Under the pieces are notes generated by a model that did no database searches, was not told the origin of the DNA, and worked only from the letters and a program-made list of their open reading frames with translations. Positions 7,869-18,379 of a stretch of DNA of 64,000 nucleotides are shown piece after piece. This DNA is from Deltaproteobacteria bacterium (GTDB lineage Bacteria > Myxococcota_A > Polyangia > JAAYKL01): contig JAFGWT010000062.1 in the NCBI GenBank assembly GCA_016937015.1, positions 2,609-66,608 of the forward strand. Direction: 5' to 3'. Position numbers and translations under genes: made by a program. Each line of letters opens with the position of its first letter. Within the stretch, counting starts at the first letter, position 1.

Positions 7869-10800
7869 TCACAGCTCCAGACGCGCCATCATCTTTTGCA
7901 ATCCAAACCGTGAAATGCCAAGCAGTTCAGATGCGCGACTCCGATTGCCACCACTTTTATTCAATGCCGCACGAATGAGCTGAATCTTCAGCCGGTTCAC
8001 ATGCCCTTCAAGGTTTAAATCGGTAGCGTCTTCCATTACCGGAATGGAAAACTCCCGCAGTGCCTCGCTGAAATGGGATACATCCATAATGTCGCCACAC
8101 ATGACCGTGGCACGCACGATTTCATTTTCAAGCTGCCGCACGTTCCCCGGCCATCGATAATGCATCAGATGCGCCATTGCCTCCCTCGAAATCTCTATCT
8201 GCCGACTCGGTGCATGCTTCTTCAGAAACCCACGCACCAGCATTGGAATATCAATGCTGCGCTCCCGCAGTGGCGGCAGTCGCAGTTCCATCACATGCAA
8301 ACGATAATACAGATCCTCCCTGAAAGTCCCCTTTCTCACGCACTCCTTCAGGTCCGCGTTTGATGCCACCAGAATACGAACATCCACTTTAATCGAATTG
8401 TTCTGCCCCACAGGACGGACCTTGCCGTCCTGAAGCACCCGAAGCAATTTGGACTGCATTTCGATGGGCATGTCCGCGATTTCATCCAGAAACAGCGTTC
8501 CGCCGTGTGCTTCAGCAAAAAGGCCACTGCGGTTTCGAACCGCTCCCGTGAACGCCCCCCGCACGTGACCGAACAATACGCTTTCAAGCAGCGGCGCCGG
8601 AATTGCCGCACAGTTTTCAGCAATAAACGGCTTATCTCGACGCCCCCCCGCCTGATGAATCGCCCGGGCTGCCAGCTCTTTTCCGGTACCCGATTCGCCA
8701 CTGATCACCACCGGAATATCGGTGGCGGCGACCCTGTCCAGTAATCGAAAAATTTCCATCATCGGCCTGGATGCACCAATGATACCGTGATAGTCATACT
8801 GCGCCGCGAACTCCCCGTTCACTTCCCTTAAATTCTGTCGCGTCGCCGCCAGCTCCCTTTCGGTAATCTCCAAACGGGATTCCAGTTTACGGTTAAGCGA
8901 TTCTATCTGCACATGGTTCTTCTGCACATGGGCCAGCAGCCTCGCATTTGTAAGCGCGACAGCAGCCTGATGCGCCAGCATTTTCAGCAATGCCACCCGT
9001 TCGCCGTCGAACTGCCCACGGGTGGTGCTATCGAGATAAATCGTTCCCCGGGCTTCGCCTTTCACCAGCAACGGCACCGCAACGATATACATCAGATTGA
9101 GCAGGGCCACGCTGCGATAATCGCGATACTGTTCATCTTCCTGTGCATTGGTTGTTACGATTGGCTCTCCCTGTTCGAAGGCCCGACGGGCGACCGAACC
9201 GGAGTAATTCTGTTCCTTTGCAAGTATGGCCTCACTGTCCAGATTTCTGGCCGAGCGGACTGAAAAGCTGCCATCGTCCTCCCGCAACAGCAGAAACCCA
9301 CGCTCCGCACCTGTCACGTCGATTGCAGTATCCATGATAATGTCCAGCTGCGCATCCACATTCAGCTCAGAATTGAGCCTCGCTGCTATTCTTATCAAGC
9401 GCTCCATCCATATCTGTTTCATGCTGTTTTCCTCTGCTGTTAATTCCGTCCGGGCCAGCCGGGCATCTGTCTGGGTTCGCATATTCAATAACTGAACTTC
9501 GTACGGATAACTGTCTGGCTGATGAACTGCGGGCGTTTGCCTTCGAATTTCATCAAGCAATTCCAGAGCACGCACACTCCAAAAATAGCACCGGTCCACA
9601 TTGCCCAGTCGAAGAGCGCCAATCGCCGCAATGGCCATCGCCTGATAGGATTCAAGACTGAACAGCTGCGTCGCTTCGGACAACGCCCCATCAAGATCCA
9701 TCACACTGGACGACACAGCGCCCCGCCCCCTGAGCGCAAACATCACCCGAAGTGCCAGCCAGGCGTGACTCTCAAACACAATGTCACTCTCAATTTTCGA
9801 AAACTGTGAATAGGCGTCGTCAATTCGCTCCATGTGCATCACGGAATCCGCCAGGTGAAGCAATGCAAAATCGCGCTGCACCAGTTGCTTTCTTCTGTCA
9901 AAAATAGCCACCGCACGAGCAAGCGCTTCCGCTGCATCAGCATACTGCCCTGTTGCCAGCAATGACTCCCCCAACACCGTCAGCGCATGTCCAAATACCA
10001 GGGGATTTTCGTTTTCATTCATATCTCCAACTGCTTTTCGCGCCGCCCAAAGTGCGTCTCGCCCATCTCCCAGTCGCAGCAGCAACTGCGCGTAGTTGGA
10101 TTCCGCCTGCACCAATTCCACTGGACGCCCCACAAGACGCAGTCGATTCATGCCATTGCGGTAGCGTATCAATGCATTTTGCACGTCGCCCAGTTCGGTC
10201 AGCGCCGCAGCCCAGTTGACCACATACGTCGCCGCGCCATGACTGTCGCCGGATTCATCAGCGAACCGAAATGCGGTCTCATAGCGTTGTGCCGCTGCTG
10301 CCCAGTCTTTTTGCACATGAGATACCATCCCCAGATATGCATGGTACCGTCCCGCCTCAATGGGACTGCCGTGACTGACGGTACTTAGACCTTTATTGAA
10401 GATATCCTGCGCCCCTGCAACATCACCGGTGTGCAACATCAGCAACCCTCTGATATTGAACATCCCGCTCTGATGGGCCAGTTGGTCGCTTAACGATTCG
10501 CCCGCAACCAACGCCAGTCCTTTTAAAGGATCTCCTCTGTCCAGATAAATTCGAGCCAGCAACGCTTTGGCCGACGCGCGAACAAGCGGTTCAGGTGAGG
10601 TCTGCAGGCCGGTAAGTATCTCATGCGCCTCGTCCACGCGTCCATCGAGACGCAGCGAGGCCGCCTTTTCAAACAGCGCCTCACCGCTATCGTCGGCGTC
10701 GAGTACTTCGGCCACCAGGTGCAGCGCCTTTTGATACCGTCCGGATCGCCGATAGCACACTGCCAGCTGCAATCGCAGCGCATCCGTCCCAGCCCCATCA

Positions 10801-12896
10801 CACGCCAGCAGTTTTTCCAGACAGGAAATTGAAAGACTCATATCCCCGGCATCAGTCGCCTTGGTTATCGCTGCCTGCAGCAGCGGCACCGCTTCTTTCA
10901 ACTTCGCCCCGGCAAAAGCAAGCTGTCCCCGTTCCGCCGCGGATCGCTGGGGATGCAATCCTTCAAACAGCTGGCCACTCAGTCGGGCCAACTCACCGTT
11001 TTCCAAAGACAGGCGAATACCATTTGAAACGTAGGACACGAGCGATATCCATCCACCATTCAATTGCAGATACCCGGCCCGCCCCAGGCGATTGACTGCA
11101 TTGTCGACAGCGGTAGCCGAAAAAGAGCCAAGAGTCGCGTAAATCTCGCTCTGGTCCAACCCGACCTGGACCAGGGACAGCACAGACAGAATCTCCCGTT
11201 CGACAGTGTCCACATGTGCCAATAACCGACGGGCCACCAGCAATCCCACGTCTTCCGGAAAAGTAATATCCGCCGGCATATCTCCCAGCTGATATCGATT
11301 GTCCACAAAGAAAAACTGTTCCACCAGCGCTTCCACAAAACGCGGATTTCCACCGGCTATCCGGTGAATACGGGATGCCATTGAATCTGAGAGTGCAACG
11401 CCGGTAATATCCGTCACCATCTGTTGTTCCTCGGCACTGGACAGGGGGGCGAGGGAAAGCAGCAGCGCAGTGCCCGCCAGTTCTTTGGAAAAAGTTACGT
11501 CGGAATTTTCGAACAGCAAAACAACGCCGCCGTCCACCGAAAAGGATTCGCGCTGAACCATATGCGCAGCCGCCACAAACTGCTGCGCTGTTGCGTCATG
11601 AAGCAAAATGACCATGGGTCCGAACTGACGACGCATCATATCGAACAACCCGGCCATCGCGGACTCGCTGACGTACCCAACGTCGCTCTCGGGCTGTCTC
11701 ACCATGCCCTCTCCACCTTCATAGCCAGGCAGGTCTGTCAATTTTGCCCTTTCCGATGCCGACAAACGATTTCGCATCTGCGATAAAATCTGCGTAAATG
11801 TGCCGGATAGATATGTAATGGAACGCTTTGCATGCTGAACATGATCAATCTGCTCGGACGCAACCACTTTGCGGACGAGCCGGGTTTTGCCTACGCCAAC
11901 GGCGCCATTTACAATCCCGAGCCCCAGCCTGTCCTGCTCAAAGGTCTCACGAATGAACGTTCTCAGTTGGCGAACCGCCCCTTGCCGCCCCACAAATCGC
12001 GTTGCTTTGGCGGCAGCAAGGCGAGAGACAGCATCTTCCGCTTCGCTGGCATCATCCAGATGTCCGTCTGCAGAAATTTTCGAGCCGGCACCGCTTTTTT
12101 GAAGCGCCAGGATCGTCTCACGGGCTGAAAAACGTTGCTCCAACCGGGGATGGATCATTCGTCTCAGCACTTTTGCCAGTGGCGGGGGGACACTGCCCGG
12201 AATGGGTGTCTGAGCACCAACGCCTTGCGCATCAATATTGAATGCGGGTGAAACACCGCCAATCAACTGAATCAATACCTGTCCAAGGGCGTAAATATCA
12301 CTTCGCTCGTCCGCCAGCCCCTCGAACAGCTCATCGGCCATATACCCCAGAGTGCCCGCCTTGATGCCAATGGCGTTATGCTTGAATCGCGCCAGGCCTA
12401 AGTCTATCAGATGGGGGATGCCATCACGGTCGACAATAATATTCGACGGCTTCACATCAAGATGCAGCAACCCCCTTGAATGCAAAAGCCGCAACGCCCG
12501 AGCAACCCCCACGCCAATGTTTACCGTGGATTCAAGTCGCGCCTCAGGGGCTTGCGCCTCAATATATCTGTCCGCACGAATGCCATCCACAAGCGCTTCT
12601 GTAAAAAAAACATGGCTTTCAGGCAACGCACCGGCAGGAACGACGTGTTGAATCCGCTGAAAATCAAACACACTGGCAAGATTTGGATGCTGAAGATCCA
12701 GCAGATAGGTGTATTCGGTCTCCAATGCACCCGCACCCGCGTCCGGGCTCAGCTTTAGCGCGCGCCGACATGAAGATACAGTATCCATGACTTCGTATAC
12801 CGCCCCCTGAGTGCCCTCCCCCAACGGACGAATCAGCCGGTAGCGTCCATTTAAGGTAATCCCCATATCTCCGTATGCGTCATAATTATCAATCAT
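7869..12896 (-). CDS. Ser/Thr kinase-P-loop-TPR-GAF-sigma54 AAA+-Fis HTH transcriptional activator
   Basis: Kinase [22 protein letters not shown]. Walker A GAVGVGKT. Helical repeats and a GAF domain. AAA+ [30 protein letters not shown], then an HTH. Confidence 0.9.
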   Translation of the reverse strand: MIDNYDAYGDMGITLNGRYRLIRPLGEGTQGAVYEVMDTVSSCRRALKLSPDAGAGALETEYTYLLDLQHPNLASVFDFQRIQHVVPAGALPESHVFFTEALVDGIRADRYIEAQAPEARLESTVNIGVGVARALRLLHSRGLLHLDVKPSNIIVDRDGIPHLIDLGLARFKHNAIGIKAGTLGYMADELFEGLADERSDIYALGQVLIQLIGGVSPAFNIDAQGVGAQTPIPGSVPPPLAKVLRRMIHPRLEQRFSARETILALQKSGAGSKISADGHLDDASEAEDAVSRLAAAKATRFVGRQGAVRQLRTFIRETFEQDRLGLGIVNGAVGVGKTRLVRKVVASEQIDHVQHAKRSITYLSGTFTQILSQMRNRLSASERAKLTDLPGYEGGEGMVRQPESDVGYVSESAMAGLFDMMRRQFGPMVILLHDATAQQFVAAAHMVQRESFSVDGGVVLLFENSDVTFSKELAGTALLLSLAPLSSAEEQQMVTDITGVALSDSMASRIHRIAGGNPRFVEALVEQFFFVDNRYQLGDMPADITFPEDVGLLVARRLLAHVDTVEREILSVLSLVQVGLDQSEIYATLGSFSATAVDNAVNRLGRAGYLQLNGGWISLVSYVSNGIRLSLENGELARLSGQLFEGLHPQRSAAERGQLAFAGAKLKEAVPLLQAAITKATDAGDMSLSISCLEKLLACDGAGTDALRLQLAVCYRRSGRYQKALHLVAEVLDADDSGEALFEKAASLRLDGRVDEAHEILTGLQTSPEPLVRASAKALLARIYLDRGDPLKGLALVAGESLSDQLAHQSGMFNIRGLLMLHTGDVAGAQDIFNKGLSTVSHGSPIEAGRYHAYLGMVSHVQKDWAAAAQRYETAFRFADESGDSHGAATYVVNWAAALTELGDVQNALIRYRNGMNRLRLVGRPVELVQAESNYAQLLLRLGDGRDALWAARKAVGDMNENENPLVFGHALTVLGESLLATGQYADAAEALARAVAIFDRRKQLVQRDFALLHLADSVMHMERIDDAYSQFSKIESDIVFESHAWLALRVMFALRGRGAVSSSVMDLDGALSEATQLFSLESYQAMAIAAIGALRLGNVDRCYFWSVRALELLDEIRRQTPAVHQPDSYPYEVQLLNMRTQTDARLARTELTAEENSMKQIWMERLIRIAARLNSELNVDAQLDIIMDTAIDVTGAERGFLLLREDDGSFSVRSARNLDSEAILAKEQNYSGSVARRAFEQGEPIVTTNAQEDEQYRDYRSVALLNLMYIVAVPLLVKGEARGTIYLDSTTRGQFDGERVALLKMLAHQAAVALTNARLLAHVQKNHVQIESLNRKLESRLEITERELAATRQNLREVNGEFAAQYDYHGIIGASRPMMEIFRLLDRVAATDIPVVISGESGTGKELAARAIHQAGGRRDKPFIAENCAAIPAPLLESVLFGHVRGAFTGAVRNRSGLFAEAHGGTLFLDEIADMPIEMQSKLLRVLQDGKVRPVGQNNSIKVDVRILVASNADLKECVRKGTFREDLYYRLHVMELRLPPLRERSIDIPMLVRGFLKKHAPSRQIEISREAMAHLMHYRWPGNVRQLENEIVRATVMCGDIMDVSHFSEALREFSIPVMEDATDLNLEGHVNRLKIQLIRAALNKSGGNRSRASELLGISRFGLQKMMARLEL

Positions 12897-13175
12897 GACA
12901 ACTTAGTTGCTAAAACCTCACTGTGTTACGAACGAAATCGCATTCCCCTAAAATAATTCAACAAAGCAGCCCGCGACAACCTGCAACCCTCTGATTTTGC
13001 TTTGTAACACAGTAACTCTGTTGACATTATTCCAGTCAGATCAAACAGCATCCCAATAATATGGAAATAAGTCTTTTTAACGGCTGGACAGTCGGAACAA
13101 ATCTGTTATACATGCTTATGTTTTGTGTCCTAAATATATGAATGCAAAAAATAAATATCCTAAACAGGAGACAAT

Positions 13176-14519
13176 ATGATTCCTTCAAAAAACGCCACAC
13201 CACAGCACTGGCTGTCACTGGCCAATGCGGACTGGAAAACGCAAATGAAGCATCTGATTCAAAGCCCAGACCAGCTTCGCGATTTCCTCAACCTTTCTGA
13301 CCGACAAATCAACGAGATAAATCGGGCGTCGCAGCTTTTCCCAATGGCAATTACGCCCTATTATGCATCCCTGATTGATACGAAGGATCCCCAATGTCCA
13401 ATCCGGGCACAGGCTGTCCCGACCATCAGGGAAACTGATTTTGCCAGCGCAGATATTGAAGATCCCCTCGCGGAAGACCACGACAGTCCCGTCCCGGGAA
13501 TAACACACCGATATCCGGACAGGGTATTGCTGGTCGTATCGCAAATGTGTGCCATGTTTTGCCGGCACTGCACCCGGAAGCGCTCAGTCGGTGACGAAAC
13601 CCACACGCCGTCAAAAGACAGCCTTAAAAACGCAATTCAATATATCAGGGACACACCCGGAATAAGAGATGTGCTCATCTCAGGCGGCGATCCGTTTTTG
13701 CTGTCGACCAAACGGCTGGATTGGATTTTAACCGAGCTCAATGGGATTGAGCATGTGGAAATCGTTCGAATTGGGACCCGCACCCCTGTTGTGTTGCCAC
13801 AGCGGATTGATGATGAACTTGTCAATATGCTGAAAAAACATCATCCGGTGTGGGTAAATACCCATTTCAATCATCCCAGGGAAGTGACGGCCGAAAGCAA
13901 AAAAGCGCTGCGCAAACTGGCGGACGCCGGTATTCCCCTGGGCAATCAGAGTGTTTTGCTGCGGGATGTCAATGATTGCCCACTCATCATGCAGAATCTG
14001 GTGCATCGAATGGTTCAAAACCGTGTCCGCCCGTACTACATGTACCAATGCGATCTGTCCCGGGGCATTGAACATTTTCGAACGTCGGTCTCCAAAGGCA
14101 TCGAAATCATGGAGATGCTGATTGGACATACCAGTGGATTCGCGGTGCCAACCTATGTGGTCGATGCCCCGGGGGGGGGTGGGAAAATACCGCTGACGCC
14201 CCAGTATCTCATTTCGATGGGCACAAGAAAGGTGGTATTGCGCAACTACGAAGGTGTTATCTGCCTTTACAGCGAACCGCCCCAAAAGGAGAGCAGCTGC
14301 CCGGCCGACTGCCAGTACTGCGATGACCTGACGCCCAAAAGCAAGCCCACTCCCAAAGGCTCAAAATGGGCCACCAATGTTGGGGTGGGAAAACTGTTTG
14401 ACGATTCAAATAATGTGATAGCCATTGTTCCGGAGAATCTTGAGCGCGTCCAGCGTCGCGAGGAGAATTATCAGGAGAATCATCAGGAGAACATTAATGA
14501 CGGGGAAAAGAATGACTGA
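13176..14519 (+). CDS. ablA: Lysine 2,3-aminomutase (radical SAM, PLP)
   Basis: HRYPDRVL, CAMFCRHCTR, SGGDP, HFNHP, DAPGGGGKIP, C-terminal Cys cluster. Adjacent to a GNAT gene. Confidence 0.93.
   Translation: MIPSKNATPQHWLSLANADWKTQMKHLIQSPDQLRDFLNLSDRQINEINRASQLFPMAITPYYASLIDTKDPQCPIRAQAVPTIRETDFASADIEDPLAEDHDSPVPGITHRYPDRVLLVVSQMCAMFCRHCTRKRSVGDETHTPSKDSLKNAIQYIRDTPGIRDVLISGGDPFLLSTKRLDWILTELNGIEHVEIVRIGTRTPVVLPQRIDDELVNMLKKHHPVWVNTHFNHPREVTAESKKALRKLADAGIPLGNQSVLLRDVNDCPLIMQNLVHRMVQNRVRPYYMYQCDLSRGIEHFRTSVSKGIEIMEMLIGHTSGFAVPTYVVDAPGGGGKIPLTPQYLISMGTRKVVLRNYEGVICLYSEPPQKESSCPADCQYCDDLTPKSKPTPKGSKWATNVGVGKLFDDSNNVIAIVPENLERVQRREENYQENHQENINDGEKND
14460..14495 (+). repeat. 3 x 12-bp tandem repeat, each containing AGGAGAA
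   Basis: gaggagaattat caggagaatcat caggagaacatt at the ablA 3' end, overlapping the ablB RBS. Confidence 0.8.
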
Positions 14520-15438
14520 CGCCGCCTCCATTTCCCATTCCTGCCCCAAAGTGCCTGATTCGGTCGTCGAACTTGACACACTGCCGCAATATGGGGTTAC
14601 CCAACGCATCGATGGCGATGGTTACACCTACACAGCCTTTTTCAGCAATAGAAACGACAGAATAAGGGTAACGGACTACCAGGTTTTTGACCATGAAGGG
14701 ATAATCCAAAGTCTCAAACACCATGCGCGTCAACACCAGCATGGGAAAATATTCCTCAAAGCACATGCCAAAGACGCCGCAGATTTTAAATGTGCCGGGC
14801 TGGATGAGGAAGCGCGCATCGCAGGGTACTTCAATGGCGATGATGCGGTCGTGCTTTCATTGTTTACCGATGACCGTCGGGCTATTCCGCGTCCTCCCGT
14901 CCCGGAGAGAGAGAAAATCGTCGCCTCTGCCCGCCATGGGTTTCAGACACCTGCCCGTCCCCGACCTCTGCCAGGTGATTTCAGATGCCGTCTCGCCACG
15001 CCTGAGGATGCCCCTGCACTGGCGCGCGTTTTCGCAAACAATTTTGAATCATACCCCTTTCCGGTATTTGATGCGACATATGTACAACACACCATGGCCA
15101 ATGATGTGCTGTACATGCTCATCTCCCGCCACAGCGAAATCGCGGCGGTTGCATCGGCGGAAATGGTTCCCGCACTTTCAAATGCAGAGATGACCGACTT
15201 TGCGACCATGCCCAGGTACCGGGGCAATGGATTGGGTGCGTTTCTGCTGCGCGCACTCGAGATTGAAATGAAAAAAAGACGCATTCAATCCCTTTATACG
15301 CTGTCCAGAGCCAGCTCGATATCAATCAACCGAATCTTTGGCAAAGCCGGATATCGGTACACTGGCACCCTGGTGCAGAACTGCCATATCAGCGGCCATT
15401 TTGAAGACATGAATTGCTGGTGCAAATCACTTCAGTAA
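14497..15438 (+). CDS. ablB: Beta-lysine N-acetyltransferase (GNAT)
   Basis: GKIFLK, YPFPVFD, ASAEM..NAEMTDFATMPRYRGNG, YTGTLVQNCHISGHFEDMNCW. Overlaps ablA. Start is 14497 or 14512. Confidence 0.88.
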   Translation: MTGKRMTDAASISHSCPKVPDSVVELDTLPQYGVTQRIDGDGYTYTAFFSNRNDRIRVTDYQVFDHEGIIQSLKHHARQHQHGKIFLKAHAKDAADFKCAGLDEEARIAGYFNGDDAVVLSLFTDDRRAIPRPPVPEREKIVASARHGFQTPARPRPLPGDFRCRLATPEDAPALARVFANNFESYPFPVFDATYVQHTMANDVLYMLISRHSEIAAVASAEMVPALSNAEMTDFATMPRYRGNGLGAFLLRALEIEMKKRRIQSLYTLSRASSISINRIFGKAGYRYTGTLVQNCHISGHFEDMNCWCKSLQ

Positions 15439-15458
15439 CCACATCGCGCCATATCATA

Positions 15459-15485
15459 TAAAGAGATCTCGATTCTGTCCGTTAC
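15459..15485 (+). promoter_or_regulatory. Candidate sigma28 (FliA) promoter
   Basis: TAAA-N15-TCCGTTAC versus consensus TAAA-N15-GCCGATAA, about 30 bp before the ATG at 15515. Confidence 0.35.
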
Positions 15486-15514
15486 AGTCGATGACGTTTT
15501 AGCGGAGAAATTTT

Positions 15515-16615
15515 ATGAGTATAGAATCGATTATCCCAACCCAGCCCATCAGACATCAGATCCTTTGCATTGACGATGATCCGATCATCCTGTCGTCATT
15601 CAGCAGGGATTTCAAGGACATTGACGCCGAGGTCACACTGGCGGACACGGCGGAGCTGGGATTGAAACTGGTGGATGAACATCAGTTCACCGTTGTGATT
15701 AGTGATCTCAAGCTGCCTGGCGCGGACGGCATCAAATTTTTGCAGAGTGTTTCAAGGCGGTATCCAGATACGGTGAGAATTCTTATATCGGGACATGCCG
15801 ATTTTGATTCGGCAGTAAAAGCCATTAATCAAACCGGTCTGTTTGGTTTCATATCCAAACCATGGTCATCGGACGCGCTCAAGGACACCGTGCAGCGCGC
15901 CATCGAACACTACGACATGACGCAGGAAAACAAAAAGCTGACCGCTGCGTTAAGTGTGAAATGCACCGAGCTTGGCATAATGACTATCAATCTCGAAAAG
16001 GAAGTCCAGGCGCGCACGACGAGCATGCTATTGGGGATGGTCAATGCGCTGGACCTCCGGGATACGGAAACCCACTGGCATTCTCGACGGGTGGCGCTCT
16101 TTGCCAAACGACTTGCCGAGGAAATGGAACTGGACGAAACGCAGATTCTCGAAATTGAACGGGGATCTCTGTTGCACGACGTGGGAAAAATAGGCGTTTC
16201 CGATACCATTTTGCTCAAACCCGGTAAGCTGACCCCGGAGGAATGGGTCGAGATGAAACGCCACGCTGAATACGGTTATCAGATTTTACAGAATGTCGAG
16301 TTCCTGCATGACGCCCGGGATGTGGTGTGGCAGCATCACGAACGCTGGGACGGGGGGGGATATCCGCGGGGATTGAAAGGTAAAGACATTTATGTGGGGG
16401 CCCGCATTTTTTCAATTATCGATACGTACGATGCGATGACTTCCGACAGACCATACCGAAAAGCGCTCTCTCATGAAATTGCATGCAGGGAAATCAGCGA
16501 CATGAAAGGGACGCAGTTCGATCCGGATATCGTTGATATGTGGGAACGGATTCCTGAGTCCGATTTGATTCGATTAAGGGAACAGACTTTTACCCCAACA
16601 TCGGGACTGCTGTAG
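15515..16615 (+). CDS. Response regulator with HD-GYP c-di-GMP phosphodiesterase domain
   Basis: REC domain (CIDDD, ISDLKLP, KP). LHDVGK, HHERWDGGGYP, DAMTSDRPYRK. Confidence 0.92.
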   Translation: MSIESIIPTQPIRHQILCIDDDPIILSSFSRDFKDIDAEVTLADTAELGLKLVDEHQFTVVISDLKLPGADGIKFLQSVSRRYPDTVRILISGHADFDSAVKAINQTGLFGFISKPWSSDALKDTVQRAIEHYDMTQENKKLTAALSVKCTELGIMTINLEKEVQARTTSMLLGMVNALDLRDTETHWHSRRVALFAKRLAEEMELDETQILEIERGSLLHDVGKIGVSDTILLKPGKLTPEEWVEMKRHAEYGYQILQNVEFLHDARDVVWQHHERWDGGGYPRGLKGKDIYVGARIFSIIDTYDAMTSDRPYRKALSHEIACREISDMKGTQFDPDIVDMWERIPESDLIRLREQTFTPTSGLL

Positions 16616-16647
16616 CAGCTTCAGAATGGTCGAAACGGAGTGCACCC

Positions 16648-17619
16648 ATGGAACGTTCTGAGCGACTCACATATGAGGAAATCTCTCAAATTGAGCTGAC
16701 GGGGCTTCACATTCTGCGCCGAACATCCATCGAAGCGGTGTTTGGACTTCTGGAGCACTGTACCGTGCAGTTCCTGGCATCGGGCGCCATACTTCTCGAA
16801 CAGGGACAGACCAACAGCACGATGTATCTCGTACTGGCCGGCAAACTCAGCGTGCATCTGGACAAACCCGATGCAGAGCCGGTAGCGTATCTTGAAACAG
16901 GGCAGACGGTGGGGGAAATATCAGTCATCGATGCCAGCCCGGCCACCGCGTATGTCAAGGCATCTGAACTCACGCGCCTGCTGGCCATCGATGAAATGAC
17001 GTTCTGGCGACTGGTGGAAGTGTCTCATGAATTTGCGACCAATATGCTTTTGCTTCTTGCAGGGCGACTGCGGGCCAATAACACGAAAATTATTGAAAAC
17101 ATTAATCTTCGGATGCAAATGGAGCACGAGGCATCAGTGGATGCGCTGACTGCGCTTCGCAACAGACGCTGGTTGGACACCAACCTGCCAAGAATGACCA
17201 GTCGCCACCAGTATTCGAAAAAGCCGTTCTGCGTTCTGATGCTGGATGTGGACCATTTTAAAAATTTCAATGATGAGTATGGTCACGCGGCAGGGGATGT
17301 GGTTCTCGCGGAGGTGGCCAGAGTTATCATGGCCAAATTGCGTCCCACGGATTTGGCTGCCAGATATGGCGGCGAAGAATTCTGTATCATGCTGCCCGAT
17401 ACCAACCTGGAAGGCGGCGTCGTGGCCGCCAACCGAATTCGGGAAGCCGTGTCCGGTACAAAGGTTATTTCTCCCGACGGCCAGCCACTCCCTCAGGTGA
17501 CCATATCGCTGGGGGTGTCGTGCGTGCAAGACAAAGATACCCCCGAATCGCTTATCGGGCGGGCCGATGAGAGGCTGTACCGCGCCAAAAAAAATGGTCG
17601 CAACCGGGTGGAAAGCTAA
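16648..17619 (+). CDS. cNMP-binding domain + GGDEF diguanylate cyclase
   Basis: N-terminal CNB fold (LAGKL, GQTVGEISVID). DALT, DVDHFK, I-site RPTD, YGGEEF. Confidence 0.9.
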   Translation: MERSERLTYEEISQIELTGLHILRRTSIEAVFGLLEHCTVQFLASGAILLEQGQTNSTMYLVLAGKLSVHLDKPDAEPVAYLETGQTVGEISVIDASPATAYVKASELTRLLAIDEMTFWRLVEVSHEFATNMLLLLAGRLRANNTKIIENINLRMQMEHEASVDALTALRNRRWLDTNLPRMTSRHQYSKKPFCVLMLDVDHFKNFNDEYGHAAGDVVLAEVARVIMAKLRPTDLAARYGGEEFCIMLPDTNLEGGVVAANRIREAVSGTKVISPDGQPLPQVTISLGVSCVQDKDTPESLIGRADERLYRAKKNGRNRVES

Positions 17620-17650
17620 ATTTCTATTTTCTTCCAATCTGCCGCGTCGA

Positions 17651-17678
17651 ATAAAACCTTTTTCAATTCAAGAGCGTC
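17651..17678 (+). promoter_or_regulatory. Candidate ECF sigma promoter (autoregulatory)
   Basis: ATAAAACC-N16-CGTC. The same motif recurs at 19544. Confidence 0.6.
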
Positions 17679-17706
17679 CGGTATATGGTTGTCAGCAGGA
17701 GGGAGG

Positions 17707-18354
17707 ATGCGCCTGCAGGTCTCACATCAACGAAAATTCGCGGCCACACGCGAAGACATTCTGGTGGAACAATCGCTCATTGAGAAGGCGCAACAGGGAG
17801 ACCCCCATGCCATTGGCGCGCTCTACGAGTTGCATGCACCGCGAATCAGACGATTGCTGGTGGGAATCATCGGCCCGGGGGACCAGGTCGATGATCTGCT
17901 TCAGGACGTATTCCTTCAGGTTTTTTTGACCATTTCCGCTTTTCGGGGAGACAGCCGGTTTTCCACCTGGCTGCACAGGGTCGCCTCAAACCTGGCCATT
18001 TCATACCTGCGCCGTAAAAAAAGAACGCCACCATTGGTCGATGATACCCAGTTTCCTGCCTCTGCTGCAGTACAGTCGGAGTCCGCGCAGGCACGCGCCG
18101 CTTTAACCGAACTGTACACCATACTGGACAGCTTAAGCCCCAAACGCCGCCTCGCATTTGTACTTTTCGAAATTGAACAGTACACCATTTCTGAGATTGC
18201 TGAAATGACCGGTTCAAACATCGCCACCATCAAATCGAGACTTTTTTTCGGCCGCAGGGAAATTTTAAAAAAATCCAAAGACAGTCCTGTCCTCAGGGAA
18301 CTGATGACGCAATCAGCCGGGAACCGAGGACTCAGTCAGCCTGGCACTGTATGA
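17707..18354 (+). CDS. ECF RNA polymerase sigma factor
   Basis: DDLLQDVFL, FRGDSRFSTWLHRVASN, region 4 EIAEMTG..ATIKSRLFFGR. RBS GGAGG precedes the ATG. Confidence 0.92.
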   Translation: MRLQVSHQRKFAATREDILVEQSLIEKAQQGDPHAIGALYELHAPRIRRLLVGIIGPGDQVDDLLQDVFLQVFLTISAFRGDSRFSTWLHRVASNLAISYLRRKKRTPPLVDDTQFPASAAVQSESAQARAALTELYTILDSLSPKRRLAFVLFEIEQYTISEIAEMTGSNIATIKSRLFFGRREILKKSKDSPVLRELMTQSAGNRGLSQPGTV

Positions 18355-18379
18355 CTCGGTCAACGAAAGGAATGGAGAC

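Noticed and set aside
12897..13175. Lysine riboswitch upstream of the aminomutase
   Set aside because: AT-rich spacer without the AGAGG(U/C)GC start or the paired helices of the L-box.
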